Notes: generated by a model not told the origin, from the sequence alone. Positions 9,855-20,800 are shown, numbered from the stretch's first letter. The stretch is 64,000 nt of DNA from Bacteriovoracia bacterium (GCA_050246755.1 JBFWVL010000001.1:320001-384000); one strand, 5' to 3'. Translations and numbers: made by a program.

Positions 9855-11543
9855 TTATTTATTGGCGGTGAGGAGATTCTTCACGAGCCCGCTCGAAAAG
9901 AGCTTCTCTTCCGGCAGCTCCGTGGTGCCGTAGATCCTCGTGTATAGATAATCATTCCTCAGGATGGAAACTACGTAGTCGCGGGTTTCCATATAGGGAA
10001 TCAGATCATTCCAGAGCAGAGGATTGGTGTCGCGATTGGGATTTCGCTTGAGCCACTCCACCACTTTCAACGGGCCGGCATTGTAGGCGGCAAGCACGAG
10101 CTCGGCCTGCCCGTCGAATTGGCCCCCTAGCTGCAGCAAGTACTTCACGCCCATCTTCATATTCTCTTTTTCGTTCAGCAATTTGCGGTGTCCCTGGCTG
10201 GCCAAGCGGCGCGCGGTCTGGGGAATGATCTGCATTAAGCCTTTTGCCTTGGCACGGGAAATGGCCTGGGAATCGAAACCGCTCTCCTGACGGATAAGCC
10301 CGAGCACGAGGAAGGCGTCGATCTTCCCCCGGCTCGCCTCCTGCACCATAGTGTAGTACGGGCGAGGATAAAGCAGGCGCAGGCCTTCTTCATTGAGGGC
10401 GGTGGGATTTTTCCGGAAATAGGAAAAGAGCATCGAGATATTGCTGCGGTACATTCCCGAAGCGATTTTCAGCGTGGAAAGGTAGTGGAGCACGTCCACA
10501 TCGAGATTATCATTGGCGCGCACGATCCAGCTCGCCCACTTCGCCACGGCCGTGGGTTTTTTATGCACGTAGAGCGCCTCGAGCCAGCGGATCATGCGGC
10601 TGAGCTCTTTATCCTCGGCCACGTCGCGCTTAAGGGCACCTACTTTGCGCTCGGTGATCATCTTCAGCGGATCCTGCTTTAGCTTCACGGCCGCATCGAT
10701 GCTGTAGAAGGACAGCGGATACTCGGTCATCAAGTCGGACCATTCTTTATTGTCGCCAGCCTTCACGCCCTCTTCGTTGTTGAGGGCCCCAAGCCAATAA
10801 AGAACGCGGTAGCGCTCGGTGGAGTTTTTGGATTTGAGGGCAGTCTTGAGAAACTCGCGGGCCTTCACCTTGTCGCCGTCGTAATACGCGTAGAGGCCTT
10901 GGCGCAGGAAGAGGCGCTCGTACACCACGTCGTCTTCGCTGAGGCACTGGCGGGCATGCTCGAAAAGCTCCCGCGAAAGGGCACGGGCCTTAGGAAAAGG
11001 AAAGTATTCTTCCGCCTTGATCGCGAGGGCGGCCGATAGATTGCGTGGGCAGTCCGCCGTCTTGAGGCTCTTCTCCGCGAGGCTGAAAAGCCGGTACTCG
11101 TTCTCCACCTTGAGGCTGCCCACCAATACGGGAAACGCGAAATGCTGGGCCTGGGGAATATTGGCGTCGGTGATGCGGAAGCGCTTCACTTTCGGCTTGC
11201 GGTGCATGCGCTCACGTTTCGCATCGGAGGCTTGGTCGTGAAAATCGGTTACTAAGCGGCAACTCTCTTCGTCGCGGGCGCAAAGGCGCCGGAAAGCTTG
11301 GCCACGCGAGCCTTGGGAAAGTGAGGTGGCAAAATCTTCCACGGCCTGCTTGAATTCGGCAGGTTTATAGCCAAGATCCGCGGCCAAAGCCTCAGCGGGC
11401 GGAATATTTAAATCGGAAGGGGCAGGTAGTTCGGCGGAGTGCGCAACCAGTCCATGACCGAAAGCGCCCGCAAACGCGAGTGTTACAAAACCCAAAAAAC
11501 TTGGTACGATGATTCGCTGCAAAGCGACAGCCTCCTGCTGCAA
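9855..11543 (-). CDS. soluble lytic murein transglycosylase (SLT domain, helical N-terminal region); start uncertain
   Basis: IRQESGF (catalytic Glu), GLMQI, AYNAG, ETRDYV. Confidence 0.9.
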   Translation of the reverse strand: MQQEAVALQRIIVPSFLGFVTLAFAGAFGHGLVAHSAELPAPSDLNIPPAEALAADLGYKPAEFKQAVEDFATSLSQGSRGQAFRRLCARDEESCRLVTDFHDQASDAKRERMHRKPKVKRFRITDANIPQAQHFAFPVLVGSLKVENEYRLFSLAEKSLKTADCPRNLSAALAIKAEEYFPFPKARALSRELFEHARQCLSEDDVVYERLFLRQGLYAYYDGDKVKAREFLKTALKSKNSTERYRVLYWLGALNNEEGVKAGDNKEWSDLMTEYPLSFYSIDAAVKLKQDPLKMITERKVGALKRDVAEDKELSRMIRWLEALYVHKKPTAVAKWASWIVRANDNLDVDVLHYLSTLKIASGMYRSNISMLFSYFRKNPTALNEEGLRLLYPRPYYTMVQEASRGKIDAFLVLGLIRQESGFDSQAISRAKAKGLMQIIPQTARRLASQGHRKLLNEKENMKMGVKYLLQLGGQFDGQAELVLAAYNAGPLKVVEWLKRNPNRDTNPLLWNDLIPYMETRDYVVSILRNDYLYTRIYGTTELPEEKLFSSGLVKNLLTANK

Positions 11544-11601
11544 ATAGCCAAGCCCCCTTCAACCAAGGGGACTTAATAAAGTTTACGGTTTTGGAACAGA
11601 A

Positions 11602-12708
11602 ATGACAACGCAAAGAGCGGTGATTACATTGGGAAACGGCCAACTGGGCCTAATGCTTGGCAAAGCTGCCAAAAAACTTGGCATTCCTTTCTCTGCCCTC
11701 TCTTTAACCGACGCGTGGACCTGGTTAAACGATACCGTGCCCGGCGGGGACCTCGTCACCTTTGAACAGGAATTCGTAGACGAAACCCTGCTCGCGGCCG
11801 TGCAGGCTAAGGGCGTGGCGTCCTTTCCTTCCTGGAAAAACTTCCTGCTCCTGAAAAGCAAACGCGCACAAAAAAAGTTCCTCAGCGAGAGCAAGATCCC
11901 CACCGCTCCCTTCCTCCTCCTGGACGTCTGGACTCCCGAAGCCGACAAAATGGCCGCTAAAGGAGCCGTGCTGAAGGCGGGCCAAGGCGGATACGACGGA
12001 AAAGGCGTATGGGTACTCGATGCGCAAGGACGCACGAAGAGCGGAGAGCATGCCCGTGACCTACTGGCTAAGATTCGCGAGCCCTACCTCGAGGAACGTA
12101 TCGCATTCACCTGCGAGGCCGCTGCCGTGGTGTGCCGATCGACCACCGGCGAGATCGAGCTTTACCCCACGGTGCGCTCGATCCAGCAGGACGGAATCTG
12201 CTATCAGGTGGAATATACCCGGGAATTCGCCGCTTCTGCGGTAGGGCTCAAAGCCGGGGCAGTGGCCCGCAAAATCGCCGAAGAGCTCAATTACGTGGGC
12301 GTGCTCGCGGTGGAATGCTTCGTGAGAGGGGAAGAAGTTTTGGTGAACGAGATCGCGCCTCGGGTGCATAATTCCGGGCACTTCACCATCGACGTGTGCG
12401 CAGGATCGCAATTTGAAAACCACCTGCGCGCGGGGCTTGGCCTCAAACTCGAAGCCACGAAACCCACGCATCCGGCGGCGCTAATGGTGAACTTGCTCTG
12501 GCCGGCTGCCGAAAAAGAGTTCGCCCCACTTTTCACCCGCCTCACCTGCGGGCCAGACTGGCCGGAAAATGCCAAGCTGCATTGGTACGGAAAATTAGAG
12601 GCCCGCCCTAACCGTAAAATGGGCCATTTCACGGTATACGGAAACACGCTTAGCGAATGCCAAATTACGGCGGAGCAACTACTTGCTTCTCGCTGGTCCA
12701 AAGGGTAA
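11602..12708 (+). CDS. purK: N5-carboxyaminoimidazole ribonucleotide synthase
   Basis: GNGQLG.ML, GYDGKG, NEIAPRVHNSGH, RKMGH. Confidence 0.95.
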   Translation: MTTQRAVITLGNGQLGLMLGKAAKKLGIPFSALSLTDAWTWLNDTVPGGDLVTFEQEFVDETLLAAVQAKGVASFPSWKNFLLLKSKRAQKKFLSESKIPTAPFLLLDVWTPEADKMAAKGAVLKAGQGGYDGKGVWVLDAQGRTKSGEHARDLLAKIREPYLEERIAFTCEAAAVVCRSTTGEIELYPTVRSIQQDGICYQVEYTREFAASAVGLKAGAVARKIAEELNYVGVLAVECFVRGEEVLVNEIAPRVHNSGHFTIDVCAGSQFENHLRAGLGLKLEATKPTHPAALMVNLLWPAAEKEFAPLFTRLTCGPDWPENAKLHWYGKLEARPNRKMGHFTVYGNTLSECQITAEQLLASRWSKG

Positions 12709-12717
12709 GCAGTAGAA

Positions 12718-13203
12718 ATGAAACAGAATTTTCGCGTGGGCATCGCGATGGGCAGCGATTCCGACTGGCCAATTTTGAAGGCAGCCGCCGACCTACTAGA
12801 GGAATTCGGAGTAGGCTTCGAAAAGCGCGTGGTTTCCGCCCACCGCACCCCCGAAGATATGGCTGATTTCGGGCGCGAAGCCGCTTCTCGCGGGCTGAAA
12901 GTTTTGATCGCTGGCGCCGGTGGAGCGGCCCATCTTCCGGGAATGCTCGCCGCCTATACCTTGCTCCCCGTGATCGGCGTACCCGTTCCCAGCAAACACC
13001 TGCAGGGCCTCGATAGCTTACTCTCCATCGTGCAAATGCCCCCGGGTGTTCCCGTGGCCACGATGGCCATCGGCGGCGCGATGAACGCGGGGCTCCTCGC
13101 GGTGCAAATTCTCGCCCTGGAAGACGCGAGCCTCCGCAAAAAACTCGAAAGCTTTCGCACCAAACAAAGCAAAGCCAGCCGCGTGAAGAATAAAAATATA
13201 TGA
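12718..13203 (+). CDS. purE: N5-CAIR mutase
   Basis: [37 protein letters not shown]. Confidence 0.97.
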   Translation: MKQNFRVGIAMGSDSDWPILKAAADLLEEFGVGFEKRVVSAHRTPEDMADFGREAASRGLKVLIAGAGGAAHLPGMLAAYTLLPVIGVPVPSKHLQGLDSLLSIVQMPPGVPVATMAIGGAMNAGLLAVQILALEDASLRKKLESFRTKQSKASRVKNKNI

Positions 13204-14066
13204 AGAGCTTCTTTCTTACCCTACTGCTGCTCGCGGGCGCTTCCGCCTTCGCCGAAGAACAATCCCTCTCCGATCTCTGCTTCGAGAGCATGAAGGCCCT
13301 TCCCGGCAAATCTAAGCTCGATGCGCTCAAAACCGCGTGCGCCTCCGTGGCCGTGCTTCCCGCTTGCCAGAGCGAAAAAGGCGTTAAAATATTTCATTAC
13401 GATCGCGCGGCTAAAGCGGGCGAAAAATCCCCAAAAAAAATCCTCGTGTTCTCGCTCATCCACGGCGACGAATTTCCCTCCGGTTCGGTGGCCCGCTCCT
13501 GGATGGAGCGCATGACCACCGTGGAGCCCCGGAATATCTGGCGCGTGGTTCCGATCCTGAACCCCGACGGCGTGAAAAATAAAACCCGTTATAACGCCAA
13601 CGGCGTGGACGTAAATCGGAATTTCCCCACCAAGGACTGGGACCCCGATGCGCTAAAATATTGGGAAAAGAATACGCATAAAGACAAACGCCGCTATCCC
13701 GGCCCTAAGCCCGCGAGCGAAAAAGAAACTCTCTGCGCGATCGCCCACATCGATGATTTCAATCCCGACCTGATCCTCTCGATCCACACTCCCTACGGAG
13801 TGCTTGATTTCGACGGGCCGAAAATTCCTCCTCCTTCTTTTCCCACCATCCCCTGGAGAAATTTGGGCAACTACCCGGGCAGCCTCGGCCGCTATATGTG
13901 GGTAGATCGCTCTAAGCCCATTCTCACGGTGGAACTGCACGGCAAAGGCGTGGTGGAAAAGTTAGATCGCTTCGACCGCCTACAGGACATTGGCGGCGAC
14001 ATCGCCATCAAAGCGGAAAAAACTCTCAAGGATAAAGAGCCGCCTAAACCGAAGAGCCAAAAATGA
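13200..14066 (+). CDS. secreted M14-family zinc carboxypeptidase (MpaA-like)
   Basis: [34 protein letters not shown]; signal peptide. Confidence 0.88.
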   Translation: MKSFFLTLLLLAGASAFAEEQSLSDLCFESMKALPGKSKLDALKTACASVAVLPACQSEKGVKIFHYDRAAKAGEKSPKKILVFSLIHGDEFPSGSVARSWMERMTTVEPRNIWRVVPILNPDGVKNKTRYNANGVDVNRNFPTKDWDPDALKYWEKNTHKDKRRYPGPKPASEKETLCAIAHIDDFNPDLILSIHTPYGVLDFDGPKIPPPSFPTIPWRNLGNYPGSLGRYMWVDRSKPILTVELHGKGVVEKLDRFDRLQDIGGDIAIKAEKTLKDKEPPKPKSQK

Positions 14067-15106
14067 GCCGAGAGCCCGATCCGATTCCGGCCCCCTCCGC
14101 CGGGGCCGAGCTCGCCAAAAAAATTTCGCTCACTCTCGAGACCAAACGCCTCATCGGGGAGATCGAGAAAGAAGTGGAGGGCCTGAACTGGCAGGTGACC
14201 GATCGCTTCGGCGCCGCTCCCACCCTCGCGGCGCCCGCGCACCATTTGCTCTCGGCCGGCGGCAAACGCGTACGCCCTCTCCTCATCGCCCTCCTCACCC
14301 GCGCCCTCGACCAGGCCTTTGAACGCGTTGCCTCCTGCGCGGTGGCCGCCGAGCTCGTGCATACCGCCACCCTTCTCCACGACGATATCCTCGATGGCGC
14401 CACCACCCGTCGCAACCGCATCACGGCCCACCTGAAATACGGCGCGCATACCGCGATCCTTTCCGGCGATGCCCTGCTCGCGAAAGCCATCTCCGATATG
14501 GCCGAGCTCGGCGATCCTGAGATTCTCAAGCGCCTCGCCCAAACTGTGCGCGAGCTCGTGGAGGGCGAATGCCTCCAGGCCGACCTCATGGGAAAGGTGC
14601 ATGGCGACGTGGATGCCGTGCTCGAAATCGCGCGCCGGAAAACCGCCTCGCTCTTCGCCTGGAGCGGATGGGTAACTGGGCACCGCGCCGGCCGTTTCGC
14701 CGATGATCTTTTCCGTTTCGGAACCCACCTTGGGCTCGCTTTCCAGCTCCTCGACGATATCCTCGACTGGGAATCCAACCAGGCCGGCAAACCGCGTTAT
14801 GGTGACTTGCACGAGAGGAAACTCAACGCGCTCGGCGCCATGCTCGTGAAAAAATCCAAACGCGCGGGCAGCCTGATCGAAGGTTCGTTCTCGCAGGCCG
14901 ATGCGCAAGGTTATATTCCGAATCCCGAAGCCCTCGGGACCGCCTTGCAGGCCTGTGAAGAGTATCCGGAGGTGCTCAAGTGGGCCCGCAAAGAAGCGGC
15001 CGACCATAGCGCCTTCGCGCTCGCCCACCTCGATAAGCTTCCCGAGTCCGTATGGCGCAGCCTCACACGCCAGCTCACCGCTTCTTTGCTGGAGCGCATG
15101 AAATGA
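14063..15106 (+). CDS. polyprenyl diphosphate synthase
   Basis: GGKRVRP, LLHDDILD..RR, GLAFQLLDDILD (two DDxxD motifs). Confidence 0.93.
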   Translation: MSREPDPIPAPSAGAELAKKISLTLETKRLIGEIEKEVEGLNWQVTDRFGAAPTLAAPAHHLLSAGGKRVRPLLIALLTRALDQAFERVASCAVAAELVHTATLLHDDILDGATTRRNRITAHLKYGAHTAILSGDALLAKAISDMAELGDPEILKRLAQTVRELVEGECLQADLMGKVHGDVDAVLEIARRKTASLFAWSGWVTGHRAGRFADDLFRFGTHLGLAFQLLDDILDWESNQAGKPRYGDLHERKLNALGAMLVKKSKRAGSLIEGSFSQADAQGYIPNPEALGTALQACEEYPEVLKWARKEAADHSAFALAHLDKLPESVWRSLTRQLTASLLERMK

Positions 15107-16224
15107 GCGAGAGCCGCGTTCTTCCCGCCCGCGACAGCTTCGTGCGCCAGGTATTGCGGGATTTTCGCGTGGTGGAAAATGGGCGCCAGTGGATCGCGCG
15201 CCTCCGCGGCGAAGGCCGTTTCCCCTCGTCCGTTTTCCCCGAGCTCGCCAAGGACCGCCAAGTTTTAGTGGAGCTTATTCCGCTGGCGGAATGGGAAAGG
15301 CCGAATTTTTTCGCGCGCTGGACCCAGGCGCTCCGCCTCCCCTACCTACTCTTCAGCGTTCTTCCGCTCCTGCTCGTGCTGGCCGAGGCCGTTACGATTC
15401 AGCGAACTCCCTCCCTCCTTAATGCGGCCCTGCTTTCGGCCTCGCTGATCCTCATCCACCTCGGCTGCAACCTCTGGGGCGAGTATGAAGATCATCTCCG
15501 CGGCGTAGATTCTCCCGAACACCTCAGCGGCAGCGGCGTGATCCAAAAGCTCTGGATCCCGGCGATTCATTTGCGCAATGGCGGTGCCGCGCTGTTTCTG
15601 AGCGGCTGCCTGCTTGGAGTTTTTCTATTCCTGAACCTTCCCTGGTCTATCGTGGGCAGCCACCTAATCTGGATCGGGCTACTGGGCGCGCTGGGGGCCG
15701 CGAGCTATAGCGGCTGGCCATTCCACTATAAATATTTCGGTCTCGGGGAGCCGATCGTATTTTTTCTCAGCGGGCCGATCGTAACTTTAGGCGCCGCCCT
15801 GATCTGCACCTATGATACCAGCCGGATTCTTTGGTACGCTCTCACTTCGCTGCCCCTTTCTTTTCTAGCCGTGCTGCGCCTCCACGGCGGAAATATCCAG
15901 CGCGTGCCGGTAGACACTAGCGCCGGCGTGTTCACGATCGCCCGTTTTCTGGGATTCCGCTGGTCGAAATGGGCCTACGGCTTCCTCCTCCTCGCGCCCT
16001 TCGCCACGGTGGTATTGCTCGCCTTCTTCTGGCAGGCCCCGCGGGAATCTCTCCTGGTATTCGCCTCCTTTCCTCTCTCTGTGCTGGCCCTGCGGATTCT
16101 TCCCAAGGTAAAAGGCCCGCTCGATCCCGGCTTCCATGAGCTGCGCAACCTCGCCGTTCAGCTCCATTTTTCTTTTGGTCTCTTTTATAGCCTTGGTTTT
16201 TTGTTCCCCTTTTTTCTCGAATGA
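15103..16224 (+). CDS. UbiA-family prenyltransferase, MenA-like
   Basis: Multi-TM; GEYEDHLRGVD motif; YKYFGLGE; adjacent to the polyprenyl synthase; ATGA overlap. Confidence 0.8.
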   Translation: MSESRVLPARDSFVRQVLRDFRVVENGRQWIARLRGEGRFPSSVFPELAKDRQVLVELIPLAEWERPNFFARWTQALRLPYLLFSVLPLLLVLAEAVTIQRTPSLLNAALLSASLILIHLGCNLWGEYEDHLRGVDSPEHLSGSGVIQKLWIPAIHLRNGGAALFLSGCLLGVFLFLNLPWSIVGSHLIWIGLLGALGAASYSGWPFHYKYFGLGEPIVFFLSGPIVTLGAALICTYDTSRILWYALTSLPLSFLAVLRLHGGNIQRVPVDTSAGVFTIARFLGFRWSKWAYGFLLLAPFATVVLLAFFWQAPRESLLVFASFPLSVLALRILPKVKGPLDPGFHELRNLAVQLHFSFGLFYSLGFLFPFFLE

Positions 16225-17357
16225 AAGGATTCTCCATGAAACTGCTCGCGCTCCTGATCATTTGCCTCACCCTACCGGCCTGCCAAAAAGGCAGCACCAA
16301 GCAAGCCACACCCGACGACGCCGCCAACGCCTCGGCTCCAGCTTCCGCTGTGCCCACTCCCGCGAACCTCCTCTATCCCGGCGAAGAGAAACATCTGAAA
16401 AACGTGAAGCAGCTCACCTTCGGTGGGCAAAATGCGGAAGCCTACTTCTCGGCCGACGGCAAATGGCTCATTTTCCAGAGTGAGCGCGACGGCTACCCTT
16501 GCGATCAAATGTACGTGATGCGCACCGACGGCTCCCAGCTCCGTCGCGTCTCGAACGGCCAAGGCCGCGTGACCTGCGGCTATATCATCGGCGACGACCC
16601 CATCTCTCCCAACCCCGACCAGGTGATCTTCTCCTCCACCCACGATCACGGCGCCGAATGCCCCGCCAAACCCGACTACTCCAAAGGCTACGTGTGGCCG
16701 ATCTACGAAAGCTTCGAAATGTATACGGAGAAATTCGGTGGCGGAAAGCTCAACCGCCTCACCAATAATAAATTCTACGATGCCGAAGCCACCGTTTCCC
16801 CGGACCAAAAAGAAGTGGTGTTCACCAGCACCCGCGACGGCGACCTCGATCTCTACGTGATGAACGTGGACGGCTCGAAAGTACGCCGCGTGACCAAGGA
16901 ACTCGGTTACGACGGCGGCGCCTTCTTCTCGCACGACGGCGAAAAATTAATCTACCGCGCCTACCATCCCCAAACGGCCGCGGAGAAAAAATCCTACAAG
17001 GAAGACCTGAAAAATAATCTCTACCGCCCCACCTGGCTCGAGCTCTTCATCATCGGCAAAGACGGCAAGAATAAGCGCCAGATCACCAACCTCAAGGGCG
17101 GCACTTTCGCGCCCTTTTTGTTCCCCAACGACAAGCGCGTGATCTTCGCCTCGAACTACAAAAATCCCCGCGGACGCCAGTTCAATATCTACGCGATCGA
17201 TCTCGACGGGAAAAATCTCGAGCAGATCACCGATAGCGGCACCTTCGACTCCTTCCCCATGTTCTCGCCCGACGGCAAGAAGCTCGTGTGGGCTTCGAAC
17301 CGGAACGGCAAAGAGAAGCACGAGACGAATATCTTCATCGCGGACTGGATCGAATAG
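16221..17357 (+). CDS. TolB-like PD40 beta-propeller lipoprotein
   Basis: Lipobox LPAC; repeated FSPDGK/FSADGK/FSHDGE blades. Confidence 0.88.
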   Translation: MKGFSMKLLALLIICLTLPACQKGSTKQATPDDAANASAPASAVPTPANLLYPGEEKHLKNVKQLTFGGQNAEAYFSADGKWLIFQSERDGYPCDQMYVMRTDGSQLRRVSNGQGRVTCGYIIGDDPISPNPDQVIFSSTHDHGAECPAKPDYSKGYVWPIYESFEMYTEKFGGGKLNRLTNNKFYDAEATVSPDQKEVVFTSTRDGDLDLYVMNVDGSKVRRVTKELGYDGGAFFSHDGEKLIYRAYHPQTAAEKKSYKEDLKNNLYRPTWLELFIIGKDGKNKRQITNLKGGTFAPFLFPNDKRVIFASNYKNPRGRQFNIYAIDLDGKNLEQITDSGTFDSFPMFSPDGKKLVWASNRNGKEKHETNIFIADWIE

Positions 17358-17380
17358 AAATTTGCGGCGCCGCAAATTTC
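17357..17380. repeat. perfect 24-bp palindrome, with a related copy at 29795-29810
   Basis: GAAATTTGCGGCGCCGCAAATTTC. Confidence 0.7.
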
Positions 17381-17401
17381 GTTCGGAATCCGGACATTCC
17401 C

Positions 17402-17445
17402 AAAATAAAAAAGCCGCTCCCGAAAAGGGGCGGCTTTTTTATTTT
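17402..17445. terminator. bidirectional intrinsic terminator
   Basis: AAAATAAAAAAGCCGCTCC-loop-GGGGCGGCTTTTTTATTTT between convergent genes. Confidence 0.9.
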
Positions 17446-17462
17446 CACGGATTTAGGATCTT

Positions 17463-18614
17463 TTACATCTGACGAACGGGCTTCCATCCTGGACCGGAGG
17501 GCAAGCCGGGAGCGGCAGGTACCGGAGCGGAGGGAGAATTCGCAGAGGAGCCGGGACGACCACCGCCACCGCGGCGGTCGGGTTGTCCGTCGCCGTCACG
17601 GTCGCGTCCGCCACCGAAGTGGCCGCCGGGCGTGGACGCAGGGGCAGGAGCTACCACTACCGGGGCGGGAGAAGGAGCTACGTAAGGAGCGGGCGCAGCA
17701 GGAGCGGGACGGTTCCAGTTTCCGCGTCCACCGCCGATATTATTTCTGTCGTGACGGCCATCGCCATTGCGGTCGCGGCCGAAGCTAGGCACAGGAGACT
17801 GGTACGAAGGAGCGGAGGGAAAGTTTCGATCGTCGCGATTGAAACGGTTGTGATCGCGTCCGCCACTGCGGCGATCGTCTCTGCCTGGGCAGCTGGGAGT
17901 AGCATCGTAGGGAGAGCAGTCGTCGCTGTAGCTCGGAGAAGGAGTATAAGAAGGAGCGGGTTCTTCTTCCGTGTTACCGGAGGAACTGCCACTGAAAAAG
18001 TTATTGAGGAAACCGCGGAGGCCGGAGTTTTGCTGTTCATGGAGCTCGTCTAAGGCTTTCTGTAACTCAGCCTGATTTTCGATATCCGCGAGATCGAGGA
18101 TTATGACGGAATCGGAGAGTTTTTTGTCTTTGGCGGAGCTTACTTTCAGAGAAAGAGATTCCTTCTTCGCTTCCACGCCGGGAAGCCAGTCCAAACCGCT
18201 GAACATCTCATCGGTGAGGTGAAGAACAACGCCGGTTTTGGTCACTTCGAGGCCGCTGCCTTTGCAGCTGGCCGCGCGAGCGGGATCGCAATCGCGGTCG
18301 GTATTGGTCAAGCGCCATACGAAATCCTGGGGACTGGCTTTTTGCGCCACGAGCTTGCCGTTTTCCTTTACGAAGAGATCAGCGGCGAAAGAGATCTTCT
18401 TACCGGGGTAGCGCTTGATTTCTTTTTTGTGATTGGGATTGGCCACGCCGTCAATCGCGGAGATGCGAAGAATGGGAGTGGCGGGAGCGACAGACTTAGC
18501 GGCTTCCACTGGCTTGGCGGCCGCGGGTTTCGCCGGGGTAACGGGAGTAGCCGCGAAGGCGCTCACGCCCTGGAGTAAACAAACGGTATAGATGATTGGC
18601 TTGGAAAATTTCAC
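17463..18614 (-). CDS. secreted hypothetical protein with a low-complexity Pro/Gly/Arg/Asp-rich tail
   Basis: GTG start with GGAGG RBS; signal peptide ending AFA; PAPAP tracts and two DxD/NGDG motifs. Confidence 0.75.
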   Translation of the reverse strand: MKFSKPIIYTVCLLQGVSAFAATPVTPAKPAAAKPVEAAKSVAPATPILRISAIDGVANPNHKKEIKRYPGKKISFAADLFVKENGKLVAQKASPQDFVWRLTNTDRDCDPARAASCKGSGLEVTKTGVVLHLTDEMFSGLDWLPGVEAKKESLSLKVSSAKDKKLSDSVIILDLADIENQAELQKALDELHEQQNSGLRGFLNNFFSGSSSGNTEEEPAPSYTPSPSYSDDCSPYDATPSCPGRDDRRSGGRDHNRFNRDDRNFPSAPSYQSPVPSFGRDRNGDGRHDRNNIGGGRGNWNRPAPAAPAPYVAPSPAPVVVAPAPASTPGGHFGGGRDRDGDGQPDRRGGGGRPGSSANSPSAPVPAAPGLPSGPGWKPVRQM

Positions 18615-18734
18615 GGAGAACCTCCGCTGCTAAGCAGCTTGAACGTGGAGTCGCAGTCACTAATTGTTGAGCATATTAGTATGTTATTGAGGTGAGATCA
18701 AGAGGAAGCGCGAGCTACTTGTAACTATTTAAAA

Positions 18735-19577
18735 TCAAAAGATAATATTATCAATAAGACGCGTATTACCCAGGAAACCCGCCACGAAAAAGGCCGCAGG
18801 GCGGTCCAATTCACTGAGTTCCCGGAGATTCTCAAGATCGCGGATCTCGGCGTACTGGATTTGAAACTCGGGCACCCGGGCGAGGGTTTCCTTGGCCGCG
18901 TGCACGAGCTTGTCGGGATGCTTCTCCCCTTTTTGCTTCCAGCTCTTCACGGTTTGCAAAGCACGGAAAATCCCGATCGCCTTTTTGCGCTCTTCCGGAG
19001 AAAGATAACGGTTTCGCGAACTCATGGCTAAGCCGTCCGCTTCCCGTACCGTGGGACCAATTTCGATCGTCACAGGTAAATCAAGATCGCTCACCATCTT
19101 CTGGATCACGAGGCACTGCTGCAGGTCTTTTTGTCCGAAATAGGCAACGGTAGGCTCTACGATTTTCAGCAAGCGATAGACCACGGTGGCTACGCCGCGG
19201 AAATGCCCGGGACGAAACTTGCCGCAGAGCACGTCGGTGAGGCCCTGTACTTCGATGAAAGTGCTCCAGCCTTCGGGGTAAATCACTTCCGACGTGGGCG
19301 CAAACACGAAGCCCACGCCCGATTTTTTTGCGAGCTCGAGGTCGGATTCGAAGGTGCGGGGATACTTCGCCAAATCTTCATTCGGGCCGAACTGGGTGGG
19401 ATTCACGAAGATCGAAAGCACGGTATGGGAATTCTCCTGCACGGATTTTTTCAGCAGCGAAGCGTGTCCCTCGTGGAGCGCGCCCATGGTGGGCACGAAA
19501 CCGATTTTCTCCCCGGTGGCCCGTAAGGAAGATAGCGCGGACTTCACTTCTTCGAGGGTGCGGAGAACCTGGGTCAA
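18735..19577 (-). CDS. panC: pantoate--beta-alanine ligase
   Basis: GFVPTMGALHEGH, SIFVNPTQF, RPGHF.GV, FGQKD, GLAMSSRN, RLIDN. Confidence 0.98.
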   Translation of the reverse strand: MTQVLRTLEEVKSALSSLRATGEKIGFVPTMGALHEGHASLLKKSVQENSHTVLSIFVNPTQFGPNEDLAKYPRTFESDLELAKKSGVGFVFAPTSEVIYPEGWSTFIEVQGLTDVLCGKFRPGHFRGVATVVYRLLKIVEPTVAYFGQKDLQQCLVIQKMVSDLDLPVTIEIGPTVREADGLAMSSRNRYLSPEERKKAIGIFRALQTVKSWKQKGEKHPDKLVHAAKETLARVPEFQIQYAEIRDLENLRELSELDRPAAFFVAGFLGNTRLIDNIIF

Positions 19578-20800
19578 AGGTTAACTCCCGAAACCTGGAA
19601 AGCTGTGCGTACAAGGAAATCGGCGATCTCGGATTTTTTTGCCTTGGCGATGCGGTTAGGAGTTTTTCCGCCCTGGAATAAGAAAATCTCGTTATCTTCC
19701 GCATCGAAACCGATGTCTTTGCGGGAAATATTATTGAGGGCGAGGTAATCGAGCTTCTTCTTGAGGATTTTTTCGCGCGCCTTGGCGAATTCAGGCTCGC
19801 CCTCCCCCGCTTCGGCGGCAAACCCAAAGAATACCTGGCCGGCCCGTTTCTCTTTGCCGAGCTCCGCGAGCACGTCCACGGAAGGCTGCATCTCGAGCTT
19901 GAGGTTTCCTTCCCGGCGCAGTTTTCCGTCCACCACTTCGGGCATCTCGAAATCAGCCACGGCCGCCGTGGCGAAAACCGCGTGGGCCTTAGCCATCACC
20001 TTACGGCAAGCCGCGAGCATCTCGGCGCCCGTTTCCACTTCCACCACTTTTCCGCGCGCGAGGCGGGCAAAGCGCTCTTCCACCGGGCCGGTTACCAGCA
20101 CCACGGTTGCGCCCAGCTTCTCGGCGGCTTCGGCGATCGCGTGGCCCATGCGCCCGCTGGAGCGGTTGGTAATAAAGCGCACGCGGTCGATATAGGCGCG
20201 GGTAGGGCCGCTCGTGACCAAAATCGTTTTGCCAAGCAGAGGCTGGGAGGCGCCCAGCAGCTTTTCCGCGGCCGTGAAAATTTCCTGGGGCTCACTCATC
20301 TTCCCGGTGCCCACTTCCCCGCAAGCGAGATCTCCGGCGGCAGGCCCAATAAACTTCACTCCACGTTTTTTCAGCGTGGCTAAATTTTCCTGGGTGGCGG
20401 GTGCATCCCACATTCTCGTATTCATCGCGGGCGCGAGTAGAACCGGCCCCTGGAAAGCGAGCGCTTCGGTGAGGAGGGCGTCGTCCGCAATTCCCTGGGC
20501 GTGCTTCGCCATGAAGTTCGCGGTGGCGGGTGCCACCACCAGGAGTTCGCCCCACTGCGCAAGATCGATATGGGAAGTAGCGCTGAGGTCGCTCACGCCT
20601 TGCTGGAGCGAACGCAAAACGGGCTCACCCGAAAGGGAATGAAACGTAAGCGCCGAAACGAAGCTCTCGGCCGAAGCCGTCATCACCACGCGCACTTCGT
20701 GGCCGGCTTTTTTGAATAAGCGCACGAGCTCGCAGGCTTTGTAGGCCGCGATTCCCCCCGTTACGCCAACGATGATTTTAGATTTTCCGGGCAAGGGCAT
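19574..20800 (-). CDS. coaBC: bifunctional phosphopantothenoylcysteine decarboxylase/ligase
   Basis: GGIAAYK, APATAN, PAMN, LACGEVGTG, VRFITNRSSGRMG, GFAAE. Confidence 0.97.
   Translation of the reverse strand: MPLPGKSKIIVGVTGGIAAYKACELVRLFKKAGHEVRVVMTASAESFVSALTFHSLSGEPVLRSLQQGVSDLSATSHIDLAQWGELLVVAPATANFMAKHAQGIADDALLTEALAFQGPVLLAPAMNTRMWDAPATQENLATLKKRGVKFIGPAAGDLACGEVGTGKMSEPQEIFTAAEKLLGASQPLLGKTILVTSGPTRAYIDRVRFITNRSSGRMGHAIAEAAEKLGATVVLVTGPVEERFARLARGKVVEVETGAEMLAACRKVMAKAHAVFATAAVADFEMPEVVDGKLRREGNLKLEMQPSVDVLAELGKEKRAGQVFFGFAAEAGEGEPEFAKAREKILKKKLDYLALNNISRKDIGFDAEDNEIFLFQGGKTPNRIAKAKKSEIADFLVRTAFQVSGVNL

Noticed and set aside
13892-15028. 378-aa minus-strand ORF
   Set aside because: It lies antisense to the polyprenyl synthase and has no domain signal.
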